DNA of 59,818 nucleotides, filler included, from Sphacelaria rigidula (Eukaryota), in NCBI GenBank assembly GCA_964200075.2. It is 7 parts of 7 records of this genome, joined end to end, with 100 filler letters (N's around TTAATTAATTAA, not from the genome) between each part and the next. Parts side by side here need not be neighbours in the genome. Positions count along the whole stretch, not along the records: positions 1 to 8,461 come from CAXNAA020011064.1; positions 8,562 to 17,022 come from CAXNAA020011065.1; 5 more parts are not named here. One strand, given 5' to 3'. A program made the position numbers and the translations under genes. Of the stretch, positions 1-12,270 are shown in pieces. The notes below the pieces were generated by a model. That model saw only the letters and a list, made by a program, of their open reading frames with translations. It was not told the DNA's origin and did no database searches. Positions within the stretch are counted from its first letter, which is position 1, and each line of letters starts with the position of its first letter.

Positions 1-221
1 TTGTCCGGCCGGAACAGCTGTCCGAAGGGGCCGGAGCGTACGGAATCCATGGTTCCGGGCTCGAGGTCCATGAGGATGGCGCGCGGCACATACCGTCCAC
101 CGGACGCTTCGTTGAAGTAGCAGTTGATGCGGTCGAGCTGGAGGTCGGAGTCGCCGTGGTAGACACCGGTGGGGTCGATGCCGTGCTCATCGGAGATTAC
201 CTCCCAGAACTTGGAGCCAAT
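1..221 (-). CDS. TUBB: Beta-tubulin gene A, exon 2 (partial, cut by contig end)
   Basis: Acceptor CCCCAACAG, then [73 protein letters not shown]. In frame with exon 1 across a phase-0 intron at 222-3244. Confidence 0.97.
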   Translation of the reverse strand, partial: MGSKFWEVISDEHGIDPTGVYHGDSDLQLDRINCYFNEASGGRYVPRAILMDLEPGTMDSVRSGPFGQLFRPD

Positions 222-3200
222 CTGTTGGGGTGGCGGAGGGGCGCAGGTTGCGTGAGCCATGTCGAGAAAAGTAGCAGGGATTTCAGCTGTGAGGGATCCT
301 TTCGGTTCAAGTGGGATTTTCGACGCTAGGTCTCGTCAATGCCGGCATCAGTGCGTGGTGAAAGTCCACTCCCATTTCTACTTTGCTGCGCATCGCGGAT
401 AGGGGTAGATACAGGGTACTTCGAAAGTGATATCCCCACATTTGATTTGGTGACGTTGAACCTTGGTGAAGGAGACGTGAAGAACGTTCCATGACAGTTC
501 ACCCGCCAATGAACAAATATTCGATGAAAACCTAACGATTTTTCGGTACCTGCCTAGGTGTCAGTTTTCGGTCACGGGGTATGGTTCGTGCTGTTCATGT
601 GACACGGTTCATGATTTTGGAGCTGCATTCCTGATCATCTCGGATGTTCCCTCACGACCATTTTTCGAAAGTGTTGATACTCGATGACCGCTGACCCAAC
701 CAAGAATGCTTCGTGTCCAGAATCATGCGCACCAAGTTACCCGGATAAAGGTTACATCGCTGCTATTGGTGACAGGCTTGATTTTTTCATTGAGACTGCT
801 TCGTCCCAGGACAAACGAAAATACCGATCTAATTATTGCAAGATTCCCGAAAGTGGTCGATTCCGAAACAGCGTCGAGATGAGAGCCTTTTACAATTTCT
901 TCAGTTTCGATTCATGGGGAAAAATCGCTCAGCTACTCAGGACGTTTGTGGACGAGGTAGGACTCGACAGACCTCTTCCGTCACGTGGGTCAACATCCAG
1001 CCATGAGAGGATGCAGTAACCCTCTTTCAGAGCTCGGTGATACCACCAGTTATAACTCGCCATTATCGTTCTAGTGGTGATATGGGTCATGGTTGTGTGA
1101 AAAATGTAGATTTTGATCAAACCATCCATTACCGTTACCAGTCAGGAATGCTACAGCCCTGGTGAAGTTGTCGCAAAATTGACGTAGTTCAAATATTTCT
1201 CAAAATAGCAGTGAAGCCAAATCGCTCCAAAACGGTCCGCCGGGCACGGCGCCTCTAGCGGGGCCCTCTACCGGAGGGGGGGAGGGGGGTTATGGCTTAC
1301 GGCTGCGTCGCCAACGAAACAATCATGCACCGTTGAATTGGTTCATAGTTGGACAAACCATTTCCGAGCTCCAATATCGTTTTGAGAATTTTGGGAACGC
1401 CCTTCCCACTAAGCATGGAATCGGCATGTACGAACCACCGTTCCGCTCACTTGTAATGGGGCCGCTCGCATTTTCAGCTGCAATAGGCGATGGGTAGTTT
1501 CAGAGGTGCATATTTTCCTTGTCAGCCTGAAATTTGTATACTGAATGTTATACCAGTTGCGGGACATCAAAGGGTGTATCCCAGCAGGCAGTCAATCGTA
1601 TCAGGTTTGCACATGAAAACTAAAGCGGTACCACAACCGATTTTGTGTGAGGATAATGAGTACGACCACCGAGACGCTGGCTCGCCCGATGAGTCCTCGG
1701 TTTGCCAACCCAACTCCAAAGACAGATGCGGAATACCAGATTACTCACCAACCAGACCACAGGACAGGGGACGAAGGGCATGCGCTTTGGTACAACTGCA
1801 TACATGGCGCGGTCTCCAATCCAAGAAGCCGTTAGCCCTTTTTATACCAAGTTCCTGAAAAATATTTCGCGCCCGCACTCCGAGCGCTACCCCAGCGCAC
1901 ATGCACATAACTGTGATGGCAGTGTGCCCAAAGGTGTGCACGCCGCAAGCCGAAAAATTAGGATTTCATCAAACGTGAAGAATGGTTGGGTGTAAAACAT
2001 ATTCGGAAACACAACGCACTCATGCCTGATCGGCATTAGGGCGTTGACGGCAGGGCCACGGGAACTATGAATTTTCGGCACTCGCCAAAACTTTCAAAAT
2101 TCTTTGGGACCCTTTATACATCATACGTAAACAGGGCTCTGGAAGAGCAGATCTGAGTTGTTTCGTCGGGAATCGACAGGTCTCGCCTCGAGTAGGCATG
2201 AGGATCTCTTTAGTTCGACTTTTGAACTGTATTACATCTCGTTTCTGCGCCGACATGGTGCAACTGGAAGACGAGTTCCCTCGCACAGACTTCGAGGCGT
2301 TCGGCACTCCTCGTGATTCTGGCGATGATTTCATCAGCGACTCGCCACGACAGGTGCGAAAAGGACACATGCCGGGCAACGCTTGCTCAAGTATCACCGA
2401 GAAAGTGGTACCTCAACGACACACGATGTGGAGGATTATTTCTCGAAGCTCGGTCGCCAAACGGACCGACCTAGTTCAGCGATGCATAAGACCCAGGCGC
2501 TGGAACATGTGGTGGCATCGTTCGCGGTTATTACGCCACTTTCACTCGGGCTTGTCAGCTGCAGGTGTTGCTGCGACAGGTGTTGGTCTGAGCAACAGCA
2601 GCAACGGCGCCTGGCTGTATTGCACGCACTTGCTTCTAAAAAAATGAGAAGAGGCTTGGATTGTGCCTGATAATAAGATAGACATAAATTGATCAACGAG
2701 ACGCGCAGTCAGAGCAAGTCTTCGACGATTCTCAAGCAGATGGGCGTTTGTACATTGCATCACCAGGTGGGCCACCCCCTCACCGGCTTGGAGGCCTCAG
2801 ACGACAGAGTAAAATACAGTCAAGTGGACCGAACATTCAACAGTTTTTTTTTGAAAAAACGACCGTTTGGTTTTGTGCTTTCTCGTCACCCACCATCGCT
2901 CTACAGTCAGTATGGGATACATGGTAACGTGATGATACGTTATTTTCATCAGAAACATCACCTGGAAAACTTCGCTGCGGTCGTGAAAGTTGGCTGGGTT
3001 GCAATCAATGTACTCCTCCACATGAGGCTCTCGCTGTGGAGACACGTTTGCTTGTGCGCTACATCACGGGGTTTGTACAGTTCAAAACAGGAAAAGAATT
3101 TGCATCTCTCCGGCGGATTGCCGTGCCCAGAAGACATCAAGGAGGGAACAGATCGGGACATACAGAAAATAACGCAAAATGGAGGCGAACGACGACATTT

Positions 3201-3244
3201 GCTACATCGGTGGACATGAGGGAACAACTAACTCAACAACTAAC

Positions 3245-3289
3245 CTGGTTACCACACTGTCCTGCCTGCACGTGCACGATCTCCCTCAT
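3245..3289 (-). CDS. TUBB: Beta-tubulin gene A, exon 1 (MREIVHVQAGQCGNQ)
   Basis: The reverse complement reads ATG AGG GAG ATC GTG CAC GTG CAG GCA GGA CAG TGT GGT AAC CAG, followed by a GTTAGT donor. This is the canonical beta-tubulin N-terminus. Too short to appear in the ORF track. Confidence 0.97.
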
Positions 3290-3694
3290 GATTGATTACA
3301 GGCTGTTAACTTTTAGGTCGCCGAGCGTTGCACAGCCTGTGGATTGAGCGGAAAACGCGGGAAGTGGTCCGTGGGGTGTGGCACGCCAGAAGGATGAACG
3401 GGGGTCTGCATCTTCGTCGAGACACATAGATGGATGAAGAATGTCATAGCCCATTGAATTTCCCCGACAATTGAGGATCCAGGCAGAATGTGTCATGCTT
3501 TATTTAATCAATAATTCAGAGTTTTGTCATTATTATCTGATGTAAAGCTCAACCTATATGCCATGATAATTAGTCTTCTGTTGACTATTTTTTGTTTCGG
3601 TGCACACACGCCCCGTGGCCTGCACCAACGCATACCTTTGGCACCCTCTGCAGCTGTACCCACCTTCTCTCGCTCATCATCCCCGGCAAATACC
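3290..3694. promoter_or_regulatory. Shared divergent promoter/5'UTR region of the two beta-tubulin genes
   Basis: 405 bp separate two outward-facing ATGs, with an AT-rich core near 3497-3595. Promoter function is inferred from the geometry only. Confidence 0.65.
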
Positions 3695-3742
3695 ATGGGC
3701 AGGGAAATCGTTCACGTGCAGGCGGGGCAGTGTGGTAACCAG
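3695..3742 (+). CDS. TUBB: Beta-tubulin gene B, exon 1 (MGREIVHVQAGQCGNQ)
   Basis: ACC-ATG-G start context, beta-tubulin N-terminal motif with an extra Gly2, GTCAGT donor at 3743. Confidence 0.95.
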
Positions 3743-5609
3743 GTCAGTCGCGTGTCTACGTCTTCGTGACTTGCTACGTTGTGCGGGTTCGAACCCAGGT
3801 TCGAAACATATTTTTGACTGAGGGACTTGATGACCAGATGAGGTCAGCCCTGGCTGTCCGTGTTCCCCCCAAACCGAATTGTTTGCTCGTCTTCCCGGCT
3901 CGCTGCATTGATCTAGACGAACCTCAACAATCAAGAAATCCTCACCGTGTCGCCCGTCATCGTGCAACATTCGAGGCAGCATGCGTCCGGTGTTGTCGGC
4001 ACGCGGCAAATCCTCTGATGCTCGTCGTTTTAAATGTCCCTCGTTTCACGGTCAAGCGTTTGAGCGTTTTCAGCCGTTGGCAAAAATCACGCCCTGCCGA
4101 TATCGTATGCAGTGCATTATAGGTAGTATAATATAGAAAGTACGCTACTTGTACAGCAATTTGTGGAGCTTGGTCCAGCACATGGATGATGGTCGGGGTG
4201 TGCGCGTCCTGAAAACAAATCGGACACGTGGACGTGTGGCGGTTAAATGCAACACGCGCAGAGGCTCGTTTACTCGAAGCGAAATCGTCGCGACTACTGA
4301 ACACACAGGTGTGTGCGCGCGCGTACTCCTTCGTATACCTTTGCCGACGCTGTTCTTCACTCATGGCCGCCGCCACACGAGGCGACACAGCGCCCGTTTA
4401 TTTCCCGAGTTTCGATTGAAATCCTGCAGGCATGATCGCTGCGGTGGTACCCGCCCGACCCGCCTGGAGCACCTCATAGTGTGTTGGCGCGTAAGCCTGT
4501 CCTACCCTTTCCTCATGAAATGTCGTAGGCAGCACCCGGCGACATGAGGGTAGTTTGCTGGAGTTCGGCGAAGGAGCGTAGCCGTCCCAGTGCATTAAGT
4601 TGTAGCACTCCACATTTCTTCTTTATTCACCACAATCTGCAAATGTTCTTTGGTGCCAACCTTGGCAGAGTCCAAAGGTCAGGAACGCCAACAGTTCAGA
4701 CAGTACGGTCCCAATCAGTCCAAAGTGGATGTCTGGTCTGGTGGCGGGCGCGTATTCACCAAGGTCCCGTACTGTGGAGAGTGATCCGTGCCTGTGCTGG
4801 TCAAACACAAGGCTAACATACGGTACGGTTGGAATTTCCCGCGCACCACATGTCCCTGCGATATTTGAAATATATAATTTGGCCCTGCACCGCCCGTCCC
4901 GGGTTTCAAACGGGTACAAATCGATGTCATCAATATATCGAGAGGCGCACGGTTGTAGATTCACATCCCTAAATCCATCCTACTCTTTTATTTGAAATCT
5001 GACATCTTTTCGGAATATGAGGTGGGAGTAATCCGACGAAAAAATAGATGCGGTGCGGTAGTGCGGAGCCGCCGCGTGTCACCCGGCATGGTGAAAGTGT
5101 GCCCTGAACGGTTTTCGCCAGGTGCTTCTGTCTACACCTTGTACCGGTTGCTCCTCCGACGGTGAAAGGTCATACTGTACGTAGAATCGATATCAATGTC
5201 ACTTGAAAAAAGTAGAAATGATCCACATTAAACTACCTTGGCCGTCTAACGGTCAAAAGGTGGCGGTGAGAGATCAAAGACGCGGACTTTTTTTGCAGCC
5301 CGGACTTATGAACAGTCACGGTCAACCGCGCCAGAGCCACTTTATAACACACCACAAGCTGAGCCAGGCCAAGAGTAGGTTCACGCTCCCGAAGCAGTAT
5401 CTCATCGACACTCGAGTTGAGCCGTGATCCGCAGACCGTGTTCATCGTCCAATCAGTGGGAAGGTCCTCATCTGCTTGAAAGTCTGGGCAAATATTTCTC
5501 GATTGTTGAGCTCCATGCCTAATGAACTCCATACCGTACGGAGATGAGATCCATACTAGAATCATCATGAAGCCCCCGACGATGTATTCTGCGGATTACG
5601 ACAATTTTT

Positions 5610-6260
5610 GGTGAGGACATTTCCTGAAGCACGGGGAGACGATAGAGACGCTCACCTGAGGTTTCATACCACAAAAAAAAAAAACATGACGAGCAGAGGA
5701 CGCACTAGATCCCCCAAATGTGGATATCGCGTTCAGTTTCCGACAGTCCTCTCAAATTTCGTATGGAGAACCGGTCGTCAGGTAAAACGGAGTAACGACT
5801 CATTTCATTTTCAGGGGAGTTTTGAGGACTAAATTCTGTAATTGTAATTTGAAACTTGGCATGTAAAACCTCAAGAGGTATGCTGAATGAACAAACTGGG
5901 CCTTCAGTTGTTTTGTCAGAGAGGATTAGGCGTTCTCGTGAGGAGATAATCTTCAGTATATGAACGCCTCGAACCAGTGGAGAAAGGAAACAAACTGCTC
6001 CCTTTGTTTTGGTTCATGATCCCTTGCGAGGTACCTCGAAATTTCAACACACGAAACACCAGACGTGGACCGGTAATTGGCCTGCAAATACTGTCCCAAA
6101 TTTTTACCGACCCAGTCACTGAACGGCCCATTCGCCGGCTAGTATTATTAGGTTCAATCGATGAAAAGGAATGAGAAAAAATGTGTTCACACGGTGTCTA
6201 AGATTTTTTTCATGATGCGAAGGCAACGGTCGATTTTTCAAGTATCGGTAACAGATCGCG
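5610..6260 (+). repeat. Dispersed non-coding repeat family F, in intron of tubulin B
   Basis: Collinear similarity to 31500-32560 (GGGGAGACGATAGA, ACGAGCAGAGG, ATTTGAAACT..GCATG..GAGGTATGCTGAAT, GTCACT.AACGGCCCATT.GCCGGC) and to 25890-25980. Ends approximate. Confidence 0.6.
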
Positions 6261-8240
6261 GAGAATCCTCAACTACACGCGTATTCTTCATGCCATACTA
6301 ATCGTCCAAACCAATTTCACGATCTTTCCGCCAGTGATTGTGCCTACTAACTACAAGTCCGCCTCCAGGCTGGCCCACCTCGTAGATGACCACTTTGTAT
6401 TGCAACCAAACATACCTGTACAAATACGAGGATTTTAGTCCATATACAAAAAAATCTCCAGTAAATTTTTCATTTTGGGCCCCAGTTCGATGGGTAATGT
6501 CTTTCGCCTAGCTGTGAGGAAACCAGATCAAAACGTGGATTCTCTGGACCTTGACTTTTGATGTACCACATTTTTCACTCGAATCATGACTCTGCCGCAC
6601 CTTCTCCCGATTTTTCCCCGTTTTGAAATGATTGAGGAGAAAGCAGTAATGTCCCAATTTGAGCAGAATTGAGCTGGTTTCATCACAGCTAGCCGAAGAA
6701 CTTTCCCCAAAAGACGAGACCTCAAACAATCAAGAGGAGGGAGGAAATCGACTGATGAAAAGCTAATACCCTAGTGTTTGTTGCTTCTAGTGCATGAAGA
6801 CCTTTATGAGCTGATACACATTAAAAGATGGGACCCGGACTGAGAAAAAACACGAACACGATGTGAAGAAGATGGGCTCCTCGCCCTGTCAGTCCCGGAG
6901 GCGACTCTTCGACTCATCGAAAGGGTATATCGTTCTCACTCGACACGGCGGAGCGGAAAATAAGCAGAGCTAACGATCACCGGTCATGCAGTCATGAAAA
7001 CAGTCAGATACTCGTACGGGCCTGGCCACCCAGGAAGCTAGCTCACTTCCATGTACCCCGTGCTAGCTGACGACCTTTCCCGATACACATCATGGCTATC
7101 GGCAAATCAGCGCGCGTCTTGATTCCGTGCAGCAGTGCGAACTGATACGGTCTCATTGAATGAAAAACCAAACTGTAGTCAAGTCTTGAAATGTACAGAG
7201 TCGAGGATACTTTTTTCGGCGGAATTAGCCAAAACAAAAGCGCGAGATTAAATTTTCGCTCAGTCAGTTTTATTTCGCGTGATGCCGCACAAGCTGTAGC
7301 ACAATTCCCGAGCTCAAAATTCAGCATGATGTACAGGACGTATGTGCCAACACCCTTTCGTCTCTCCTGCGTGTTTTTTTCCTCTCTCCGTGTAATTGAC
7401 GACGTAACATCTTTAGTCAGTTTTGTCGGAACAAAATTGTCGATACCTCAAGAAAAAAAAACATGACACGTGGGGAAAGCACTGCTACAACAGCGCCCCG
7501 CACAGGGAACAAGGAACTTGAAACCGCCGTCATATGTCACTCGAGGTAAATCTGCTCCGGTGATGGGGTCCGGCTAAAAATTTGCAAGCATGAAAGCATT
7601 TCAATCAGCTCCAACGCCACGCGCGCGAAGTGGTCGATTTGATCACGTATCCCAAATATTGGAAACAAACGCATCCTCCAAAAAAGGACGGTGGAGAATA
7701 CACGTGGAACCGACGAAGAGTTGACTGAACTACACAAACAACGGGCGAACAAGTTGAGGGCATCAGAATATTGTCGACCTTCTCAACATCACTTGAGGAA
7801 CCGAAAGTCGTGCTCGACGGCACACGCCTTCATTTTCAGAGGAGAAAAATCAAGGATCACCCATTAGTTTTTCGGGAGCTAGACACCAGGTGTGATGGAG
7901 GACCCAGGAATCGCCCCTCTAGGTGACTTTCTTGTACGCGCCGAGGGATTCCCTGGCGGTACCCGCTTGTTCTTGAACCATCTCCTACACTCCCATGTGC
8001 AAAAACGCCCTGCACGGACACCACATTTGCTCAAATAAGCCTGTTGTGACAGCCTCGGTCGCCCCCGTAGCCCTTGATGACTCGAACCCAACGATCAATG
8101 GGTGAAGACTCATGGCCTGACAGTACACTGTCGTGTTCCCCAAGCTCCAGGTCACTGATCGCGCTGCGACGAAGAACCGTTGGGCAGAAAGCGATAATAA
8201 ATGAACTTGACACACGTCGCCCCCGAATCCGCCCCAACAG

Positions 8241-8461
8241 ATTGGCTCCAAGTTCTGGGAGGTAATCTCCGATGAGCACGGCATCGACCCCACCGGTGTC
8301 TACCACGGCGACTCCGACCTCCAGCTCGAGCGCGTCAACTGCTACTTCAACGAAGCGTCCGGTGGACGGTATGTGCCGCGCGCCATCCTCATGGACCTCG
8401 AGCCCGGAACCATGGATTCCGTACGCTCCGGCCCCTTCGGACAGCTGTTCCGGCCGGACAA
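8241..8461 (+). CDS. TUBB: Beta-tubulin gene B, exon 2 (partial, cut by contig end)
   Basis: Acceptor CCCCAACAG at 8232-8240, then [73 protein letters not shown]. Phase-0 intron at 3743-8240. Confidence 0.97.
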
Positions 8462-8561
8462 NNNNNNNNNNNNNNNNNNNNNNNNNNNNNNNNNNNNNNN
8501 NNNNNTTAATTAATTAANNNNNNNNNNNNNNNNNNNNNNNNNNNNNNNNNNNNNNNNNNNN
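8462..8561. other. Artificial contig linker N44-TTAATTAATTAA-N44; also at 17023-17122, 25583-25682, 34142-34241, 42701-42800 and 51260-51359
   Basis: Identical 100-bp spacers containing a six-frame stop 12-mer, between contigs of monotonically non-increasing length. Confidence 0.99.
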
Positions 8562-8836
8562 AATCTTCTCTCACACCATGCCCAACAGTGGAGAGCGACT
8601 ATGTCGTGGGGACACAAAATTCGACTCAACAGTCGACGAGGGAAAGGGACTGCTGCTCCCTCTAGCGTGAAAAAACAAAGGCAAGCATCGCAGAAGGAAG
8701 GTGAGGTATTCAACACAAATATAAAATAAAAAGCTCCTGTGTTGTCCTTTCTCCTGTGTGACCCCGGCTGATGCGCCCACATATACCGAAAGGTGTAGAC
8801 TGGCGCCCAGAATAAATAGGACGACAACACACACAC
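8562..8836 (+). mobile_element. tRNA-derived SINE, 5' end cut by contig start
   Basis: Collinear with 21678-21940 (CTCACACCATGCCCAACAGTGGAGAG...CCTTTCTCCTGTGTGACCC...GGTGTAGACTGGCG). Ends in a (CA)n tail. Confidence 0.75.
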
Positions 8837-8879
8837 AGTGCTTACTCCCGCCGTAGGACCGACATAAACATCGCACATA

Positions 8880-11870
8880 TGACAAGCTCGGCTCAAACAG
8901 CGCTGACGGCCTCGGGGATGCATGCTTGTCGGGCGCGCCGCTTTACCCATCAGCGGATGCTGCAGTCGCGGCGCGCCGGCCGACCGCTGACGATAGTTTC
9001 TGTGTGCTTGGCACAATCACCACTACACTCTAGTCGGGCGCGCTACTTTGGCTATCAGCGGATGCTGCAGCCGCTACGCGCCGGCCAGCCCGTGATGACA
9101 GTTTCCGTATGATTGGCACAATCACGTGCTTGATCCTGAGCCTTGCCATGTCGAAATATTTTACACAATTTCAGCTGCCCCCCAAGAACAAAATCAGCAA
9201 CTCTGCCGGTACACCAAGACGCGCTTGCCCACCACACGATGGCGACCACAGTGCCTCTTTCCACGCAGTTCTCACCACTTGTTTAAGTCCTTCGTAGACT
9301 CCTCTTCTTGAACGCGGCTGGCCAACCTTGAACCAGCCCCCTCACAATTCTCCCGTCTCGAGTGGTGATTGCGCCGCGTATTTTGGCACGCTCTCCGGGC
9401 AGCAGCTGGTGATCAACCGATACCAAAGCGCACCCTAGCAATACCTCAGAACCTTCTCGGCTCTACTACAGCCATCCTCCTGCTCGCTGTCATCATTCCA
9501 ACAGGCTTCTTCCCCTCAGTCGCCTAGGGTTATATGACCAGCGCCTCTCTCTCTCCCCCGCTTTCCCCCCCCCTGTTTTTCAACGTGAGCGTCCCCCGTT
9601 TTACAGACTGTGGAGTGCGACGTGGAAAACCTAATCCAGAAACGACGATTTGCTTGGATAAACGTTTATTGTAGACTTGTCTGAAAACAGAACAGGGTCA
9701 CAGTTCTGCTCCAGAGGCATCCTCCTTGTCGAGGGCTCCAGAGACTTCAAAACTCAAGCAGTTACACAAACAGCTGTCTTCGTTAAAACGAGAAGTGACC
9801 CGTGTTTTGCTCTCCTCGCAAACACAGAATGCTAAATAATCATCCTTCGACCCATTGTCACAAAATCCAGGCTGACGATATCCATATGCTACCGTACTCC
9901 TCATGCTGGAGGTGCTACTGTAACTTTATACCAATCTTCCCCGCGGCGTAAACCGATCCACAAACACTGTGGAAATGAAACATTCACAGAGTTCACCCAT
10001 CAGACCCGCAGACCCGTGATCCATCAACTAGCAGTAAACGCCTACTACGCTTTGCTCCACCTACATTCATGTCCCTAATCTACGTAACAAAGAAGACCAG
10101 GTTCTCTACATTGGTGGGTGATTATCGCGCGGTGAAAAAGCAAATTGAAAATATTCTCGATGTATTGCCTGATGTAGACTCCGGGCAAAATTGTTACCTT
10201 GGTTAGGTACATGACTGCAGTCGGGAAGTGAATAAAAACCAGACGTTTATAGCCTCATTGATGGACAACGGGTCTGAGAGTATCATCGGTGGACTCCGTG
10301 ATGTATGATATGTGCAAAACAAGGTGAGCTGGAAACTTTTTAGTTTAAAGAAGACTGCTGTTTGTATAACTGCTTGAGTCTTGTGTCTAAAGCGCGTGAC
10401 AGGAAGTAAGCCTCTGGAGCAGCACTGTGATCTTGTTTTAAATCAAGACAAGTCTATAATTAATGTTCATTTAGGAAACTTGTCGGTTTATGGATTGGGT
10501 CGATTTGAAGCCGCACCCCATAGTCTGTACGACCTGAGGACGCTCACGTTGAATAACAGGGGGGGGAAGAAGTGGCGGAGAGAGAGGCGCAGGCCACACA
10601 AATCGAAGGCAGCTGAAGTAAAGAAGCCTTTTGGAAGGATGGCAGCGTGCAGGACGATGGCAGTAGTAGAGCCAGAAGGTTCTGAGGTAGTGCTAGGGTG
10701 CGGTTTGGTATCGGTTGATCACCAGCTGGTTGCCCGAAGAGCCTGCCAAAAACGCGGCGCAATTACTACCTAAAACGGCAGAGGTGCGAGAGGGCTGGTT
10801 CAAGATTGGCCAGCCGCGTTCAAAAAAAAGAGTCTAAGAACTTCCAAAACTTGGTGAGACCTGCGTGAGGAAGAGGCGCTGTGGCCATTGTCATTCAGTG
10901 GCCAAGCGCGTCTTGGTGTGTGAAAAGTTGTTGTTTCTATGGTTGGTTGAGAAACAATGCCGGTTTTTGTGGAACCACTGTTGAGCTATTGAGGTGCTTC
11001 TTTGTGATTGTCCACAATGTACACATGTGTGTAGACTTGTCTGAAAACAGAACAAGGTCACAGTGCTGCTCCAGAGGCTTCTTCCCTGTCAAGTGCTCCA
11101 AAGGCTACAAAAACTCAAGCACATACACAAACAGCTGTCTTCGTTAAAATCAGAAGTGACCCTTGTTTTGCTCTCCTCGCAAACGCAGCAGTGTGCTACG
11201 CATTGAATAATCGTCCTCCAACCCATTGTCCCAAGATCCAAGCTGATGATATCCATATGCTACCGTACTCCTCATGCTGGAGGTACTACTGTACTTTCTC
11301 TACAGTGGCTTTGATCCTCTTCTCTTTCGATCTTATTCTCCGTTTCAGTGAACAGCCAAGGCTTAATACATGAATAGCTAGAGCTGCTAAAGTCTATGTC
11401 CCCATGATGGGAGGGGTCGACGTAGCTTTCTGATCTTGAGTGACAGGTCTCCAACGTTTATCTAGTGCTTTGAAAAGAACCTGAGACAGGAGCCTACAGA
11501 CTGGATCACTTTGCAGCAAACAAGACCAGCTCACGCCGTGTGTACGTCGATGGGGGCCGGAGAAGCAGAGCCAAGGAGATTCTGAGGCAGTGCGAGGGCG
11601 GGCTCGGGCATTGCTCGTGCATCAGGTGCGGGGGGTTTATCGACAGCTGGCGAGCCTTGGAACTTGCAAAACAAAAAAGCGGCGTAATTACATGGTGCAA
11701 AGAAGGATCGGCTGGTCCAAGCTTGACCAGCTGCGGTCGTTAAACCTGCCTGAAATCAGAACAAGGTTTACAGTGCTGCTCCAGAGGCTTCCTCCCTGTC
11801 CAGGGCTCTAGAGACTTCAAAACTCAAGCAGTTATAGAAACAGCAGTCTTCGTGAACCAGAAGTAAGCTT
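8880..11870. mobile_element. Nested fragments of Gypsy-associated leader/LTR-like repeats in both orientations
   Basis: 8930-9790 matches 15420-16075. 10350-10930 is an inverted copy. A ~115-bp module (GACTTGTCTGAAAACAGAACAAGGTCACAGTGCTGCTCCAGAGGCTTC...) recurs near 9674, 10350(-), 11034 and 11750. Confidence 0.65.
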
Positions 11871-12270
11871 CATGGGCCTTCCTCACGAATACGACATGGT
11901 ACACATCCGAAAGTCATCCTCCATACAATCAATCCGGGATCCACCTCATATCTACATGTTGCATGTATACTGTAGGTGGACTACTCTACAGCACCCTTCA
12001 AAACTTTGCACTACTCGAAGTGGAGAGCGAATTTGACAAAACAGTAGACACCGATAGTCCCCTACGATATCAACAAGAGACAAGCATTTACTATCAGACC
12101 ACATCAGGTCAAATCACGATGCCCCCCCAGTGTAATCCCAAAACCCCGGCACGAGCTACTCCAAGATGTTAGGCAAACAATAACCGAGCGGTACACTCAA
12201 CGTACACCAAATTGCACAGTAAAATCTATGAACTAGGCCAACAACCAATCACATCTTGAAACTCAATCAA

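Noticed and set aside
1-221. Inverted tubulin copy as an assembly foldback artefact
   Set aside because: Each copy has its own exon 1 and intron, and exon 2 has two diagnostic substitutions.
8506-8517. Regularly spaced TTAATTAATTAA palindrome
   Set aside because: Artificial six-frame stop linker inside N runs, not a biological periodic element.
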